A stretch of DNA of 64,000 bases from an uncultured bacterium (GTDB lineage Bacteria > Methylomirabilota > Methylomirabilia > Methylomirabilales > CSP1-5). Location of the stretch: NCBI GenBank assembly GCA_964348275.1, contig CAYGBT010000007.1:3046-67045 (forward strand), read 5' to 3'. The translations under genes and the position numbers were made by a program. The notes beneath the pieces were generated by a model, which worked only from the letters and a program-made list of their open reading frames with translations, searched no databases and was not told where the DNA came from. Shown here piece after piece: positions 54,811 through 64,000 of the stretch; the first letter of the stretch is position 1; each line of letters begins with the position of its first letter.

Positions 54811-56061
54811 ATGATGTTGAAAAGGGCCAAGCACGCTACCTGGTGGGTACTGGGTGGCTTTACAGTGGCACTTGCCACCGTTGCGCCTGCCAGCGCAAAG
54901 GTCGTGGGCGATACCATCGTATTCGGGGCCGCCCTGTCCTTCACCGGCAAGTACTCGACCAACGGCAAGCACACCAAGAACGGCTACGAGCTCGCCAAAA
55001 AGCGGATCAACGAGATGGGGGGCATCAAGGTCGGAGGCAAAAGTTACAAGGTCGACATCAAGTACTACGACGACGAGTCGACCCCGGCCCGCGGTGCGGA
55101 GGTCGCCGAACGTCTGATCAAGCAGGACGGCATCCAGTTCATGCTGGGACCGTACAGCTCGGGCATGACGAAAGCGATCGCGCCGGTGACCGAGCAATAC
55201 GGGATCCCGCATGTCGAGGGGAACGGGGCGTCCCGTAGCCTGTTTAACAAGGGCTACAGGTACCTCTTTGCCGTACTCTCGACGTCCGATTTCTACCTCA
55301 GGGAAGCCATTAACCTGGCCGCCGAGGTGGCACAGGTGAAGGCCGGCAAGGATCCAAAGAGCGTGAAGGTGGCCCTCGCCATCGAAAACGATCCCTTCTC
55401 GCAGGACATCCGCGCCGGCGTGCTCGAGGACGCCAAGCGGTGGAAGATGAAGGTCGTCATCGACGACAAGCTCCCGCCCGAACTCAACGATATGGCGGCG
55501 ACGCTGACCAAGGTGAGGGCCCTCCGTCCGGACGTCCTCGTAGTCTCGGGCCACTCCAAGGGCGCGACGTTAGCCATTAAACAGGTCTCGGAGATGAAGG
55601 TCGAGGTGCCGATGCTCGCCATTACCCACTGCGAGGCGGCGGATGTCATCGGAAACTTCGGCAAGGCGGCCGAATATACCCTCTGCGCGGCCCAGTGGGC
55701 GCCACAACTGACGTACAAGGACAAGTGGTTCGGCTCGGCCGGCGACTACGCCAAGAGGTTCGAAAAGGAATACGGCTATGTGCCGCCGTATCAGGCGGCA
55801 GAGTCGACAGCGGCAGTACTCGTCTACATCGACGCCCTGGAGCGTGCCGGCTCGTTCGACACCGAGAAGGTCCGCGAGGCGATTGCCGCCACCGACATCC
55901 AGACCTTCTACGGCAATGTCAATTTCGACGCAACAGGCAAGAACGTCGCCAAGCCCATGGTGCTCCGCCAGATTCAGAACGGAGAGTACAAGGTGGTGGC
56001 ACCGACCAGGTGGGCAACCTCAAAGCTGATCTGGCCAAGGCCTAAGTGGAGCGAACGGTAA
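54811..56061 (+). CDS. Branched-chain amino acid type ABC substrate-binding protein
   Basis: ATG after AAGGAGGAA, signal peptide, LivJ/K-like sequence. Confidence 0.9.
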   Translation: MMLKRAKHATWWVLGGFTVALATVAPASAKVVGDTIVFGAALSFTGKYSTNGKHTKNGYELAKKRINEMGGIKVGGKSYKVDIKYYDDESTPARGAEVAERLIKQDGIQFMLGPYSSGMTKAIAPVTEQYGIPHVEGNGASRSLFNKGYRYLFAVLSTSDFYLREAINLAAEVAQVKAGKDPKSVKVALAIENDPFSQDIRAGVLEDAKRWKMKVVIDDKLPPELNDMAATLTKVRALRPDVLVVSGHSKGATLAIKQVSEMKVEVPMLAITHCEAADVIGNFGKAAEYTLCAAQWAPQLTYKDKWFGSAGDYAKRFEKEYGYVPPYQAAESTAAVLVYIDALERAGSFDTEKVREAIAATDIQTFYGNVNFDATGKNVAKPMVLRQIQNGEYKVVAPTRWATSKLIWPRPKWSER

Positions 56062-56123
56062 CCCCTTGACTGATAGCGCCCGTCCCTGCATGAATGGTAG
56101 GGGCGGGCGCCTCTTTTGCATTC

Positions 56124-57029
56124 ATGATAGATAATCTGCTTATCTTGTACGAAGCGCCGATCCTGTCGGCGCAACTGCTGGTTGATGGCATCCTGATCGG
56201 CGCCATTTTCGCCCTGGCCGCCTATGGCATGGCCCTGGTCTGGGGAGTGATGGATATTATCAACATCGCCCAGGGCGAGTTTGTCATGCTGGGCGGCTAC
56301 GTCACCTTTTTGCTCGCCACCCGCGGCGGCATCCATCCATTGCTCACGGTGCCCGCCGCGGCGGCGGCGCTATTCATTCTTGGCTGGGTGCTCTACCGGC
56401 TCGTCGTGTTCCGGGTCGTGGATAAGGACATGTTCATCTCGATTCTGGCCACCTTCGGCATTAGCATCGTGTTGCAACAGCTCGGCAACGAGTTGTTTGG
56501 GGCCGACGTCCGGACGGCAGAATCCGGCCTCGGTACCCGGTTCTTCGCCGACGGCATGATAACGGTGGCAGAGATCAAGGTGATCGCATTCGCTCTTGCC
56601 CTGGTCACCGGTGGGGCCCTCTTCCTGTTTCTGAAGAACTCACGTCTGGGTCAGGCGATCCGGGCCACCGCACAAAACGCGCGCGCTGCCCGGATCATGG
56701 GGATCAACACCGACCGGGTCTATGCTACGACCTTTGCACTCAACGCCGCCATCTGCGGCGCGGCCGGTAGCCTGGTGGTGATGACCTGGCTGATCCACCC
56801 ATATCTGGGACTCGCCTATACGCTCCGCTCCTTCATGATCGTGGTGGTTGCCGGTTTGGGCAATCTTCTCGGCGTGGTCTTTGCCAGCCTCGGCCTGGGC
56901 GCGGCTGAGAATTTCGCGGGCTTTCTGCTCGGAACGGAGTATCAGGCTGCTTTTGTCTTTTCGCTTCTGGTCGTGATCTTAGTATGGCGGAACTTCCGAC
57001 TGAGTCAAAAGCGGAAACACCTGCAATGA
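56124..57029 (+). CDS. Branched-chain amino acid ABC permease (LivH-like)
   Basis: Polytopic protein in LivH position. Confidence 0.9.
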   Translation: MIDNLLILYEAPILSAQLLVDGILIGAIFALAAYGMALVWGVMDIINIAQGEFVMLGGYVTFLLATRGGIHPLLTVPAAAAALFILGWVLYRLVVFRVVDKDMFISILATFGISIVLQQLGNELFGADVRTAESGLGTRFFADGMITVAEIKVIAFALALVTGGALFLFLKNSRLGQAIRATAQNARAARIMGINTDRVYATTFALNAAICGAAGSLVVMTWLIHPYLGLAYTLRSFMIVVVAGLGNLLGVVFASLGLGAAENFAGFLLGTEYQAAFVFSLLVVILVWRNFRLSQKRKHLQ

Positions 57030-58084
57030 CGGAAAGAACCCGAACGATTCTTCCGTACGCACTGATCGGTCTGGCAGGGCTGCTCGCCCCATACCTCGCC
57101 CCCGCCTACCGGGTCCAGCTTGCCTTGCTCTGGATGATGATCCTGTTTGCCCTCACCTGGGATCTCTGTGGCGGGCAGATGGGTTATAACTCGTTCGGCA
57201 ACATCCTGTTTTTTGGTATCGGGTGTTACGCCACGGCGGTAGTGCAGCGAGGATTGTATTTCGACATTGCGGAATACGCAACGGTAACCGGCCAGGCACC
57301 CAAGGCACTGACCTCCTCCGAATATTTCACGGGGTTCGCGTTAGGCTTAGCTCTTTCCGTGGTTGTGGCGGTGGCCGTAGGAGCGGTGCTCGGCTCGGGC
57401 ATTTTGGGGATGCGGGGTCACTACTTCGCCATCTGTACCCTCGGTATCGGTGTTGCTGCAGGCGAGATCGCAAGCGGCTGGGAATTTGTCGGGGCCGGAT
57501 CGGGTATGCTCGCCCCGATCTACCCTGGTGAAGCTGACGAACGCGGACTGTTCTTCTATTACGTGCTGTTTTTTCTCGCTGTCATTTGCTTCTTCATACT
57601 GAAATGGCTCTACGCCGGCCGTTTCGGGCTCGCCATCAATGCGATCCGCGACGACGAGGATAAGGCCGAGGCCATGGGGATCCACACCACCAGGTACAAG
57701 ACCGTCGCGTGGTGCGTCTCGGCCTTCTTTTTAGCCCTGGCAGGCGGTGCCTTTGGCCACCTGAACAATTTCATTGACCGAGATGTCGCATTTCCCGGCG
57801 TCACGTTCGGCGTTTGGATGGTGCTGATGGCGATTTTGGGGGGTAAGGGCACCATCTGGGGGCCGGTAATTGGTGCGACGGCCTTCCATGCAACCCAGGA
57901 ACTCACATGGACTTATCTGTTCGGCTGGCAGCGGGTCGCCCTCGGGATGCTTATCGTCATTATCGTGGTGTTCTTCCCGATCGGCATTATGGGATGGCTG
58001 CGCGAGCGCTGGCCCGAGAGATTCGGCGAGACCGTGGATATTGAGGCCCTTACAGCACAAGCATCTTTCGGAGAAGGCCGATGA
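57026..58084 (+). CDS. Branched-chain amino acid ABC permease (LivM-like)
   Basis: ATGA overlap with the previous gene; polytopic. Confidence 0.9.
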   Translation: MTERTRTILPYALIGLAGLLAPYLAPAYRVQLALLWMMILFALTWDLCGGQMGYNSFGNILFFGIGCYATAVVQRGLYFDIAEYATVTGQAPKALTSSEYFTGFALGLALSVVVAVAVGAVLGSGILGMRGHYFAICTLGIGVAAGEIASGWEFVGAGSGMLAPIYPGEADERGLFFYYVLFFLAVICFFILKWLYAGRFGLAINAIRDDEDKAEAMGIHTTRYKTVAWCVSAFFLALAGGAFGHLNNFIDRDVAFPGVTFGVWMVLMAILGGKGTIWGPVIGATAFHATQELTWTYLFGWQRVALGMLIVIIVVFFPIGIMGWLRERWPERFGETVDIEALTAQASFGEGR

Positions 58085-58824
58085 CCCCTATCCTTGACGT
58101 CAGGGGGGTTTCAAAATCCTTCGGTGGCGTCGTCGCCAACCACGACATCACCCTGGGTGTCCGCGACGGAAGCATCACCGGTCTCATCGGGCCCAACGGG
58201 TCAGGCAAGACCACGTTATTCAACTCGATTGTGGGCTACCATCCCATCGATAGTGGCTCGGTCACGTTCGAGGAGAGAGACATTTCTCGTCTCCGGGTGG
58301 CCGACGTCGCCCGTCTGGGCCTCTTGCGGACCTTTCAGCAAACCCGCGTCTATGGCAAGATGAGTTGCATGCAAAACATGGAGATCAGTGTGCCTCATAC
58401 CCACGAAGGACTCCGGACCATGTTTTCAAAATACCCGGTGGCGGTGACCGAGCGGGCGGAAGAACTCCTCGAGTTCGTCGGCTTATACCCCAAACGCCAT
58501 TTGCGCGCCGGTGAGCTTTCCTTTGGGCAGCAAAAGCTCCTCGAACTTGCTATGGCGCTGATGAACGAGCCGAAGATGCTCCTGCTGGACGAGCCAACGG
58601 CGGGCGTCAACCCCGTCTTGATTAATAGTCTGATCGATCGGCTCAAACGCATAAATTCCGAAATCGGGATTACGCTTTTCGTGATCGAGCACAACATGCG
58701 CGTGATCATGGATCTTGCCGAGCACATCTATTGCCTGGCCCACGGCCACTTGCTGGCCGAGGGCCCGCCCGATGAGATTCGCACCGATCAGCGGGTCATT
58801 GACGCATATCTGGGAGCGCGGTGA
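58081..58824 (+). CDS. ABC ATP-binding protein (LivG-like)
   Basis: GPNGSGKTT, LSFGQQK, LLLDEP. Confidence 0.9.
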   Translation: MTPILDVRGVSKSFGGVVANHDITLGVRDGSITGLIGPNGSGKTTLFNSIVGYHPIDSGSVTFEERDISRLRVADVARLGLLRTFQQTRVYGKMSCMQNMEISVPHTHEGLRTMFSKYPVAVTERAEELLEFVGLYPKRHLRAGELSFGQQKLLELAMALMNEPKMLLLDEPTAGVNPVLINSLIDRLKRINSEIGITLFVIEHNMRVIMDLAEHIYCLAHGHLLAEGPPDEIRTDQRVIDAYLGAR

Positions 58825-59636
58825 TGGGAGAGAAGGAGACATTCACCGACGCGCCGGAAGAAGTGCGGGTCGTCAAAGAAGGGCCAACTCGGGAACGTCT
58901 GGCTGAACTGGCCGGCAAGGAGCCAGTGCTCCAGATCGACGGCCTGGTTGCCGGCTACGGCAAGATGGAAATCCTGCACGGCATCGATCTCCAGGTCGCC
59001 GCCGGACAGTCGCTCTGCCTTATCGGGCCGAACGGCGCCGGCAAGTCAACGGTGCTCCACTCGATCTACGGGTTTACCAACATCATGGGCGGGACCATCT
59101 CGGTCAAGGGAACAGATATCACCCGGCTTAACCCCAACGAAAAGCTCAAAAACGCCGGCATCGCGTACACCCTGCAGGATAATTCCGTGTTTCCAGACAT
59201 GACGGTCGAGGAGAATCTCTGGATGGGTGGCTTCCTGATGGACACAACAGGTCACGCCAAGGAGGCGGCAGAACGGGTCTTCGAGAAATATCCGCGCCTG
59301 GCAGACCGCCGCCGCCAGCGGGCGGGCGTGCTGTCGGGGGGCGAGCGGCGGCTGCTCGAAATCGCGAGGGCCCTGGTCATGGAGCCTCAGATTCTGCTTA
59401 TAGACGAGCCTTCGATCGGCCTGGAGCCCCGCTACATCGACATGGTCTTCGAGGTCCTCGACGACCTCGAGCACAAACAAGGCAAGACCATCCTGATGGT
59501 CGAGCAAAACGCCAAGAAGGGCCTGGATTTCGCGGATATCGGCTACGTCCTGGTCTCGGGCGAGATCGCCATGGCTGGCAAAGGCGACGACCTGCTCAAG
59601 GATCCCGAGGTCGGCCGCCTCTTCCTCGGGGGCTAA
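58821..59636 (+). CDS. ABC ATP-binding protein (LivF-like)
   Basis: GPNGAGKST, LSGGERR, LLIDEP. Confidence 0.9.
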   Translation: MMGEKETFTDAPEEVRVVKEGPTRERLAELAGKEPVLQIDGLVAGYGKMEILHGIDLQVAAGQSLCLIGPNGAGKSTVLHSIYGFTNIMGGTISVKGTDITRLNPNEKLKNAGIAYTLQDNSVFPDMTVEENLWMGGFLMDTTGHAKEAAERVFEKYPRLADRRRQRAGVLSGGERRLLEIARALVMEPQILLIDEPSIGLEPRYIDMVFEVLDDLEHKQGKTILMVEQNAKKGLDFADIGYVLVSGEIAMAGKGDDLLKDPEVGRLFLGG

Positions 59637-59661
59637 CGATGAGCCCTGCGAATCGTTAGCC
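59631..59661. terminator. Perfect 10-bp hairpin spanning two convergent stop codons
   Basis: GGCTAACGAT..ATCGTTAGCC. No T-run on either side. Confidence 0.35.
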
Positions 59662-60171
59662 TCCCCTGATCTTCCTCGTTAACGCCGGCTCAATGCCCAT
59701 CAGCCGCTGATAGACGGTTAATTGCCCCGTATGGTAACCCTCGTGGGCGATTCCATGATTGAGCCAGGCGAGACGAGTCCCCAACTCGCCATCAAAGCGC
59801 TTAATCCTTTGCAGCATGTGCAGCTCGCCGACATTGAGAAATTCCTTCTCCGCCCGCTTGAACTGTGACTTCAGTAATTTCACCAGATCGGCCTTGCTCC
59901 GTGCCAGATATGCCTCCCTGGCATACATGGCGAGGAGCTTGGGCCAGGACGCCCGACGGAAGTTGGTGTCGGGACGCGTGAGCTCACCCGTCATCATCAT
60001 GGCTACTTCGAGAATATGAATCACGACTTCTTTTACACTCCGGGCCTCCCGCACGGGTCGAAACTCGAATTGTCCGGCGGGAATATTTGCAACTTCATCA
60101 ATGAGACCCAGACGGGTGTCGGTCCAGGCCTCAAGCGCCTCTTCCAATAAGTTCGTGAATTGTTGCATCAT
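59656..60171 (-). CDS. DinB family protein
   Basis: H..H..YH.GQL metal-binding pattern. Confidence 0.8.
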   Translation of the reverse strand: MMQQFTNLLEEALEAWTDTRLGLIDEVANIPAGQFEFRPVREARSVKEVVIHILEVAMMMTGELTRPDTNFRRASWPKLLAMYAREAYLARSKADLVKLLKSQFKRAEKEFLNVGELHMLQRIKRFDGELGTRLAWLNHGIAHEGYHTGQLTVYQRLMGIEPALTRKIRGG

Positions 60172-60212
60172 CGAGCCTCCACTCACGATCGTCAACACAC
60201 CACATAAGATTC

Positions 60213-61028
60213 TTATTTACTTCGCCTTCTCCTCACGCCTCCTGCCCTACCGCCTTTCAGGCCCACTGCGATGAGCCACGTATGCACGAACATCAGTTCA
60301 TCGCCACGAAGGAACGGCCGCATGCCGGACCTCCGCAATCCATTGAGCTCCTGCGTGAGTTCCTGGACGATCGCCCGCCGCGCCTCGGGCTCGGTCTGGG
60401 TCAATTCGAACCATTGATTGACATTCACCTCGACTTCGCGGGAAACGGTATGAACGACGAGCAGGCCCGCATCGCCCAGCAGTCTCTGTATCCCGCTCGA
60501 CGGGAGCGCGCACGTATGCGAGGGATCCCGCAGGCGTTCCAACCGGTTATACGATGTAGCCAACGTTTCGTCCTCGGGAGCCACAAGGTCAATGACGGCA
60601 ACCCGTCCGCAGGGCCGGCAGACCCGCACCATTTCTATCATTGGCCCGCTGGCATTTTCGAAGTGGTGGATCGCAAAGCGACTGACGACCATATCAAAGG
60701 CATCGTTGGAATATGGTAAGTTCTCGGCAATGCCGTGCTCAAAGACGATGTTTCCAATGCCGTCCTTTTCAGCCTGATGCTTCCCCTCTTGGAGCATTTC
60801 AGGTGTGGCATCCAATGCGACGACTCGTCGCACATGTGGGGCAATCGCACGACCGAGGTGACCGGTGCCTGAGGCCACGTCCAGGACGTCGAAGTGCGGT
60901 TTCAGATCCAGATGGTCCACTATCCATTGCAGGTATTCAGGACTCGTCAGGGTGTGTCCCGTCATGTCAAAGCGGGGGGCCTGCTTGCGAAATTCTCTTC
61001 GGACTCTCTCGTGGTGGTTCTCTTTCAT
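60213..61028 (-). CDS. Class I SAM-dependent methyltransferase
   Basis: LDVASGTGHLG motif. Confidence 0.85.
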   Translation of the reverse strand: MKENHHERVRREFRKQAPRFDMTGHTLTSPEYLQWIVDHLDLKPHFDVLDVASGTGHLGRAIAPHVRRVVALDATPEMLQEGKHQAEKDGIGNIVFEHGIAENLPYSNDAFDMVVSRFAIHHFENASGPMIEMVRVCRPCGRVAVIDLVAPEDETLATSYNRLERLRDPSHTCALPSSGIQRLLGDAGLLVVHTVSREVEVNVNQWFELTQTEPEARRAIVQELTQELNGLRRSGMRPFLRGDELMFVHTWLIAVGLKGGRAGGVRRRRSK

Positions 61029-61074
61029 TCGTGAAGATCCCTCGCCTGCCGTCTCCGTGCGAGCGGTCGGGTTT

Positions 61075-61575
61075 TCAAGATTCCCGAATGCGAACCATCA
61101 CAACATACAGGTGATGCGCCTCATGCAGCAGAAAGAACTTAACCCACATCGGAATGGTCATCTCGCCGAAGGTCGGATGAACGCCGATCCGGTCGAGCTG
61201 GCTCGGCGAAAGATTTCTGACCAGCTCGACGAGTTCACCCCTAAGCACCATGAGGCGCCTCAACACCTCATCGGTCGGCACGGCCGACCACTTTGGCCAC
61301 TCCGGGTGCTCCTCGACCCGGTATCTGGGGAGGTGGGGCCTTTCATCGCTGGGGATACGCTTGATCCGTTGGATAAAGACCTCGTGGTGACGGGCAAGGT
61401 GGGCGAGGTTATCGTGCGCTGACCACTTGCCCGAGGCCGCCCGCCGTGTCATCGCGTCAGGACTTGCCTTGTCGAGCATGAGCGGGAGAGAATCCAGCTG
61501 CGTCTCGAGTCGGATGGAAGTTGAGCGGTCAATCACCGTCGACCTGACCGAGACCCACCGGGGCGATCTCCACAT
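61075..61575 (-). CDS. DinB family protein
   Basis: W.A...L.HL..H and HE.HH patterns. The start is ambiguous and overlaps the MATE 3-prime end. Confidence 0.7.
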   Translation of the reverse strand: MWRSPRWVSVRSTVIDRSTSIRLETQLDSLPLMLDKASPDAMTRRAASGKWSAHDNLAHLARHHEVFIQRIKRIPSDERPHLPRYRVEEHPEWPKWSAVPTDEVLRRLMVLRGELVELVRNLSPSQLDRIGVHPTFGEMTIPMWVKFFLLHEAHHLYVVMVRIRES

Positions 61576-62902
61576 GCTTGCGCTCCCACCGGGTCGAGCG
61601 GCAACGCCTTTGTAAGAGAACCATGCGGGCCACCCAGTCCAGGAGGAAGGCCCACCAGACATAGGCCACGCTGAGGCCCAACCAAGCGGCGGCCGCGGCC
61701 AGAGGGACCCGGACTCCCCAGATGCCAAGAATCGTCACCCTCAGAATATACGGCGTATCCCCCGCCCCCCGTAGGGCTCCCTGAAGCACCAACGTCACCG
61801 CAAGCGGGATCTGACTGACTGCGGCGATTCGAAGGAAGATGACCCCTAACCGAATCACTTCCCCATCGGCCGTGAACAGTCTGACAAGGGGCTCGGGGAA
61901 GAGGAAGAAGAGGACCCCCATCCCCCCCATGAAGAGGATGCCAAGCCGGTTGGCTTCCGACATCCCCAGGCGGGCGCGGAGTATATCCCCTGCCCCCACG
62001 CTCTGTCCGACCAGGGTCGATGCGGCCACCCCCAGTGCCAACCCCGGCATAAAGGAGAACGATTCGATATTCACCCCTAACTGGTGCGTGGCAAACGCTG
62101 CGGTCCCGTACAGGAGCAGGATCTTGGCATAGACCGCCTGGCCCGCCTGCCACACCATCCGGTCAACGGCTACAGGCCACCCCACCCGCACAATGGGGCG
62201 GATATAGGATGTGTCCCAGCTCCCTCTCGCCAGATACCCCCTGGCCCATCCTCGCCACCAAAGAAGGAGGACCCCTAAGACCTCTGCAGATGCGACCGCG
62301 ATGGCCGCCCCCTGGACCCCTAGAGCGGGAAGACCCAAGTAGCCGTAGATCAAAGGAACGGCCAGACTGATGTGGAACAGATTCAGGACCAGGACAATCA
62401 GCATCGGTGTCCGGGTATCGCCGGCGCCGTGCATCGTGGCCGTGAGAACATAGACCAAGGCGGTGGCGGGAAAGGCCAGAAACACCCAAAAACAGTATTC
62501 GTTCACCAGAATCTTCACCACATCGGAAGCTCCCAGGAAGCTCGCCGCTTCAGCGGCATATAGAACCCCGGCAACGGCGACGGGGAACGCCAGGACCAGC
62601 GTTACTATGAGACCGTGAATCGCTATCCGTCCCGCTTCTACCCGCCGGGTTGCTCCCCACCGCTGAGCCACCGTGACCAATGTCCCGGTGCTGACCCCCC
62701 ACACCAAGGTCATGCTGATAAAGACGAGCAGTTGGCCAAGCCCAACGCCCGCAACCGCCGGAGCACCGAGTCCGCCGACCAGAAAGATATCTACGGCGGT
62801 CACCATCCGGTGGAGCAGGTTCGAGACGGCAACGGGGAGGGCCAAGCGGAGGACTTCCCGCCGGATCTCTGCTCTTTGGGGCCCCTTCTCCTCTGTCAAC
62901 AC
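61529..62902 (-). CDS. MATE family efflux transporter
   Basis: 12-helix protein with a NorM-like N-terminus. Confidence 0.9.
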   Translation of the reverse strand: MLTEEKGPQRAEIRREVLRLALPVAVSNLLHRMVTAVDIFLVGGLGAPAVAGVGLGQLLVFISMTLVWGVSTGTLVTVAQRWGATRRVEAGRIAIHGLIVTLVLAFPVAVAGVLYAAEAASFLGASDVVKILVNEYCFWVFLAFPATALVYVLTATMHGAGDTRTPMLIVLVLNLFHISLAVPLIYGYLGLPALGVQGAAIAVASAEVLGVLLLWWRGWARGYLARGSWDTSYIRPIVRVGWPVAVDRMVWQAGQAVYAKILLLYGTAAFATHQLGVNIESFSFMPGLALGVAASTLVGQSVGAGDILRARLGMSEANRLGILFMGGMGVLFFLFPEPLVRLFTADGEVIRLGVIFLRIAAVSQIPLAVTLVLQGALRGAGDTPYILRVTILGIWGVRVPLAAAAAWLGLSVAYVWWAFLLDWVARMVLLQRRCRSTRWERKHVEIAPVGLGQVDGD

Positions 62903-62904
62903 AT

Positions 62905-63030
62905 CCTCCGTTTATTTCGAAATTCGAATATCGAAATTCGGATTGAAATGCAGATTCAGGCTACGCATTCCGAAATCCGCAATCGTTCGACTGAGGCTCA
63001 CGACTCGAAGTCCCAAATCCGAAATGCGTG
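62905..63030. repeat. R5 intergenic repeat, copy 2
   Basis: See 48826-48975. Confidence 0.5.
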
Positions 63031-63061
63031 AACCCGTTTACGCCGTGCTATTCGCCACGTG

Positions 63062-64000
63062 CTATACGCTACGTGCTCCCCTCCGCTGGAGGGCCAGCTG
63101 ATAGAGCCGCTCATACTCTCTGGCGGAACGCTCCCAGGAAAAGTCGGCCGCCATGGCGTTCTGCACGATGCGGTTCCAAACAGCCTTCTGGTGGAAAAGG
63201 CCAATCGCCTGATGGACGGTTCGGAGGAGCTCCTCGTCGTCAGCCCGGGGGAACGTGAACCCGTTCCCCGTGCCCGCACCGGGATCAAAGGGGATGATCG
63301 TTTCATCCAATCCTCCTGTGGCTCGGACGATGGGGATGGTGCCATAGGCCAGGCTGTACATCTGACTGAGGCCGCTGGGCTCATACCGCGACGGCATAAG
63401 AAAAATATCGGCCCCCGCCTTGATCTTGTGACTCAGGACGACATCAAATCCGATCCGGACCGCTAGCTTGTCGGGATATTTTTGCTGTAAGTCCTTGAAT
63501 CTCTGTTCCAGCCCCACGTCCCCCATTCCCAGCAGGACCATCTGGAGATCGAGACTCAGGAGATCTTCGGCAATCCCAGCGACGAGGTCGATTCCCTTCT
63601 GGTACGCGAGCCGAGAGATCACACCGAAGAGAGGAACGTCCGGTCGCGTCGGCAGTGCCATCACCTGCTGTACATTCCGCTTGCAGGCAGCTTTGCCTGT
63701 AAAGTCCTCGGAACAATAGGAAGCTACGAGGTAGGGATCGGTACGAGGATTCCACTCGTGGTAGTCCACGCCGTTCAGCACGCCGTACAGATCCGCCGCC
63801 CGCTGCCGCAGCAACCCGTCCAAGCCGAAGCCGAACTCCGGCGTCTGGATCTCTTGACTGTACCTCGGACTCACAGTGTTCAGGAGGTCAGCGTACACCA
63901 ACCCAGCTTTCAGGAAATTTATCCTCCCCCAGAATTCCATTCCTTCGGGAGCAAATATCTCTTCTGACAGTCCGGTGAGGGCAAACCGCTCGGCGGAAAA
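63062..64000 (-). CDS. glgA: Glycogen synthase, C-terminal part (the gene continues beyond the window)
   Basis: The frame is open to the window edge; NTVSPRYSQEI, GL.NG.D...WNP and SRYEPSGL motifs. Confidence 0.9.
   Translation of the reverse strand, partial: FSAERFALTGLSEEIFAPEGMEFWGRINFLKAGLVYADLLNTVSPRYSQEIQTPEFGFGLDGLLRQRAADLYGVLNGVDYHEWNPRTDPYLVASYCSEDFTGKAACKRNVQQVMALPTRPDVPLFGVISRLAYQKGIDLVAGIAEDLLSLDLQMVLLGMGDVGLEQRFKDLQQKYPDKLAVRIGFDVVLSHKIKAGADIFLMPSRYEPSGLSQMYSLAYGTIPIVRATGGLDETIIPFDPGAGTGNGFTFPRADDEELLRTVHQAIGLFHQKAVWNRIVQNAMAADFSWERSAREYERLYQLALQRRGARSV

Overview
GC-rich bacterial chromosomal segment, apparently from a poorly characterised lineage. I found no rRNA, tRNA, CRISPR array, integrase or transposase. 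I support about 60 protein genes. From 1 to 36 kb almost every gene is on the minus strand. These include a HerA-like P-loop ATPase, a translationally coupled beta-CASP MBL hydrolase plus LOG operon, and a run of small unrelated secreted or membrane ORFs. The same stretch holds a cytochrome c, a GNAT, a HepT/MNT pair, an MNT with a decayed HEPN partner, DUF1059, an MFS transporter, DUF1573, a PrmA-like methyltransferase, an RRM protein, rpsU and hicA with a frameshifted hicB. It also carries a PAS histidine kinase with a CheY-like regulator, PilZ proteins, a split methylmalonyl-CoA mutase, a PaaK-like ligase and a haloacid dehalogenase. From 37 to 64 kb the window holds cusRS-like genes plus degP, a DUF748/AsmA-like protein, an HMG-CoA-lyase-like gene, uppP, SDR, HAD and an ADP-ribosylglycohydrolase. 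This part also has a UGSC-type selenoprotein with an in-frame TGA, rlpA, a livJHMGF-type ABC operon, two DinB genes, a methyltransferase, a MATE pump and a partial glgA. The intergenic DNA is the unusual part. (1) A four-copy, 160-180 nt structured sRNA family lies on the plus strand; each copy has its own TTGACA/TATATT promoter and a closing helix followed by a T-run. (2) A roughly 600 bp non-coding element is present four times, with one module inverted in one copy. (3) There are several families of imperfect-palindrome repeats, some at gene 3-prime ends and some ending in intrinsic terminators. (4) Degenerate heptanucleotide tandem arrays occur throughout, often as inverted pairs. (5) Four secreted His-rich proteins lie near a cusRS-degP cluster. 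All functional calls rest on motifs I recognise by eye; no database search was run.
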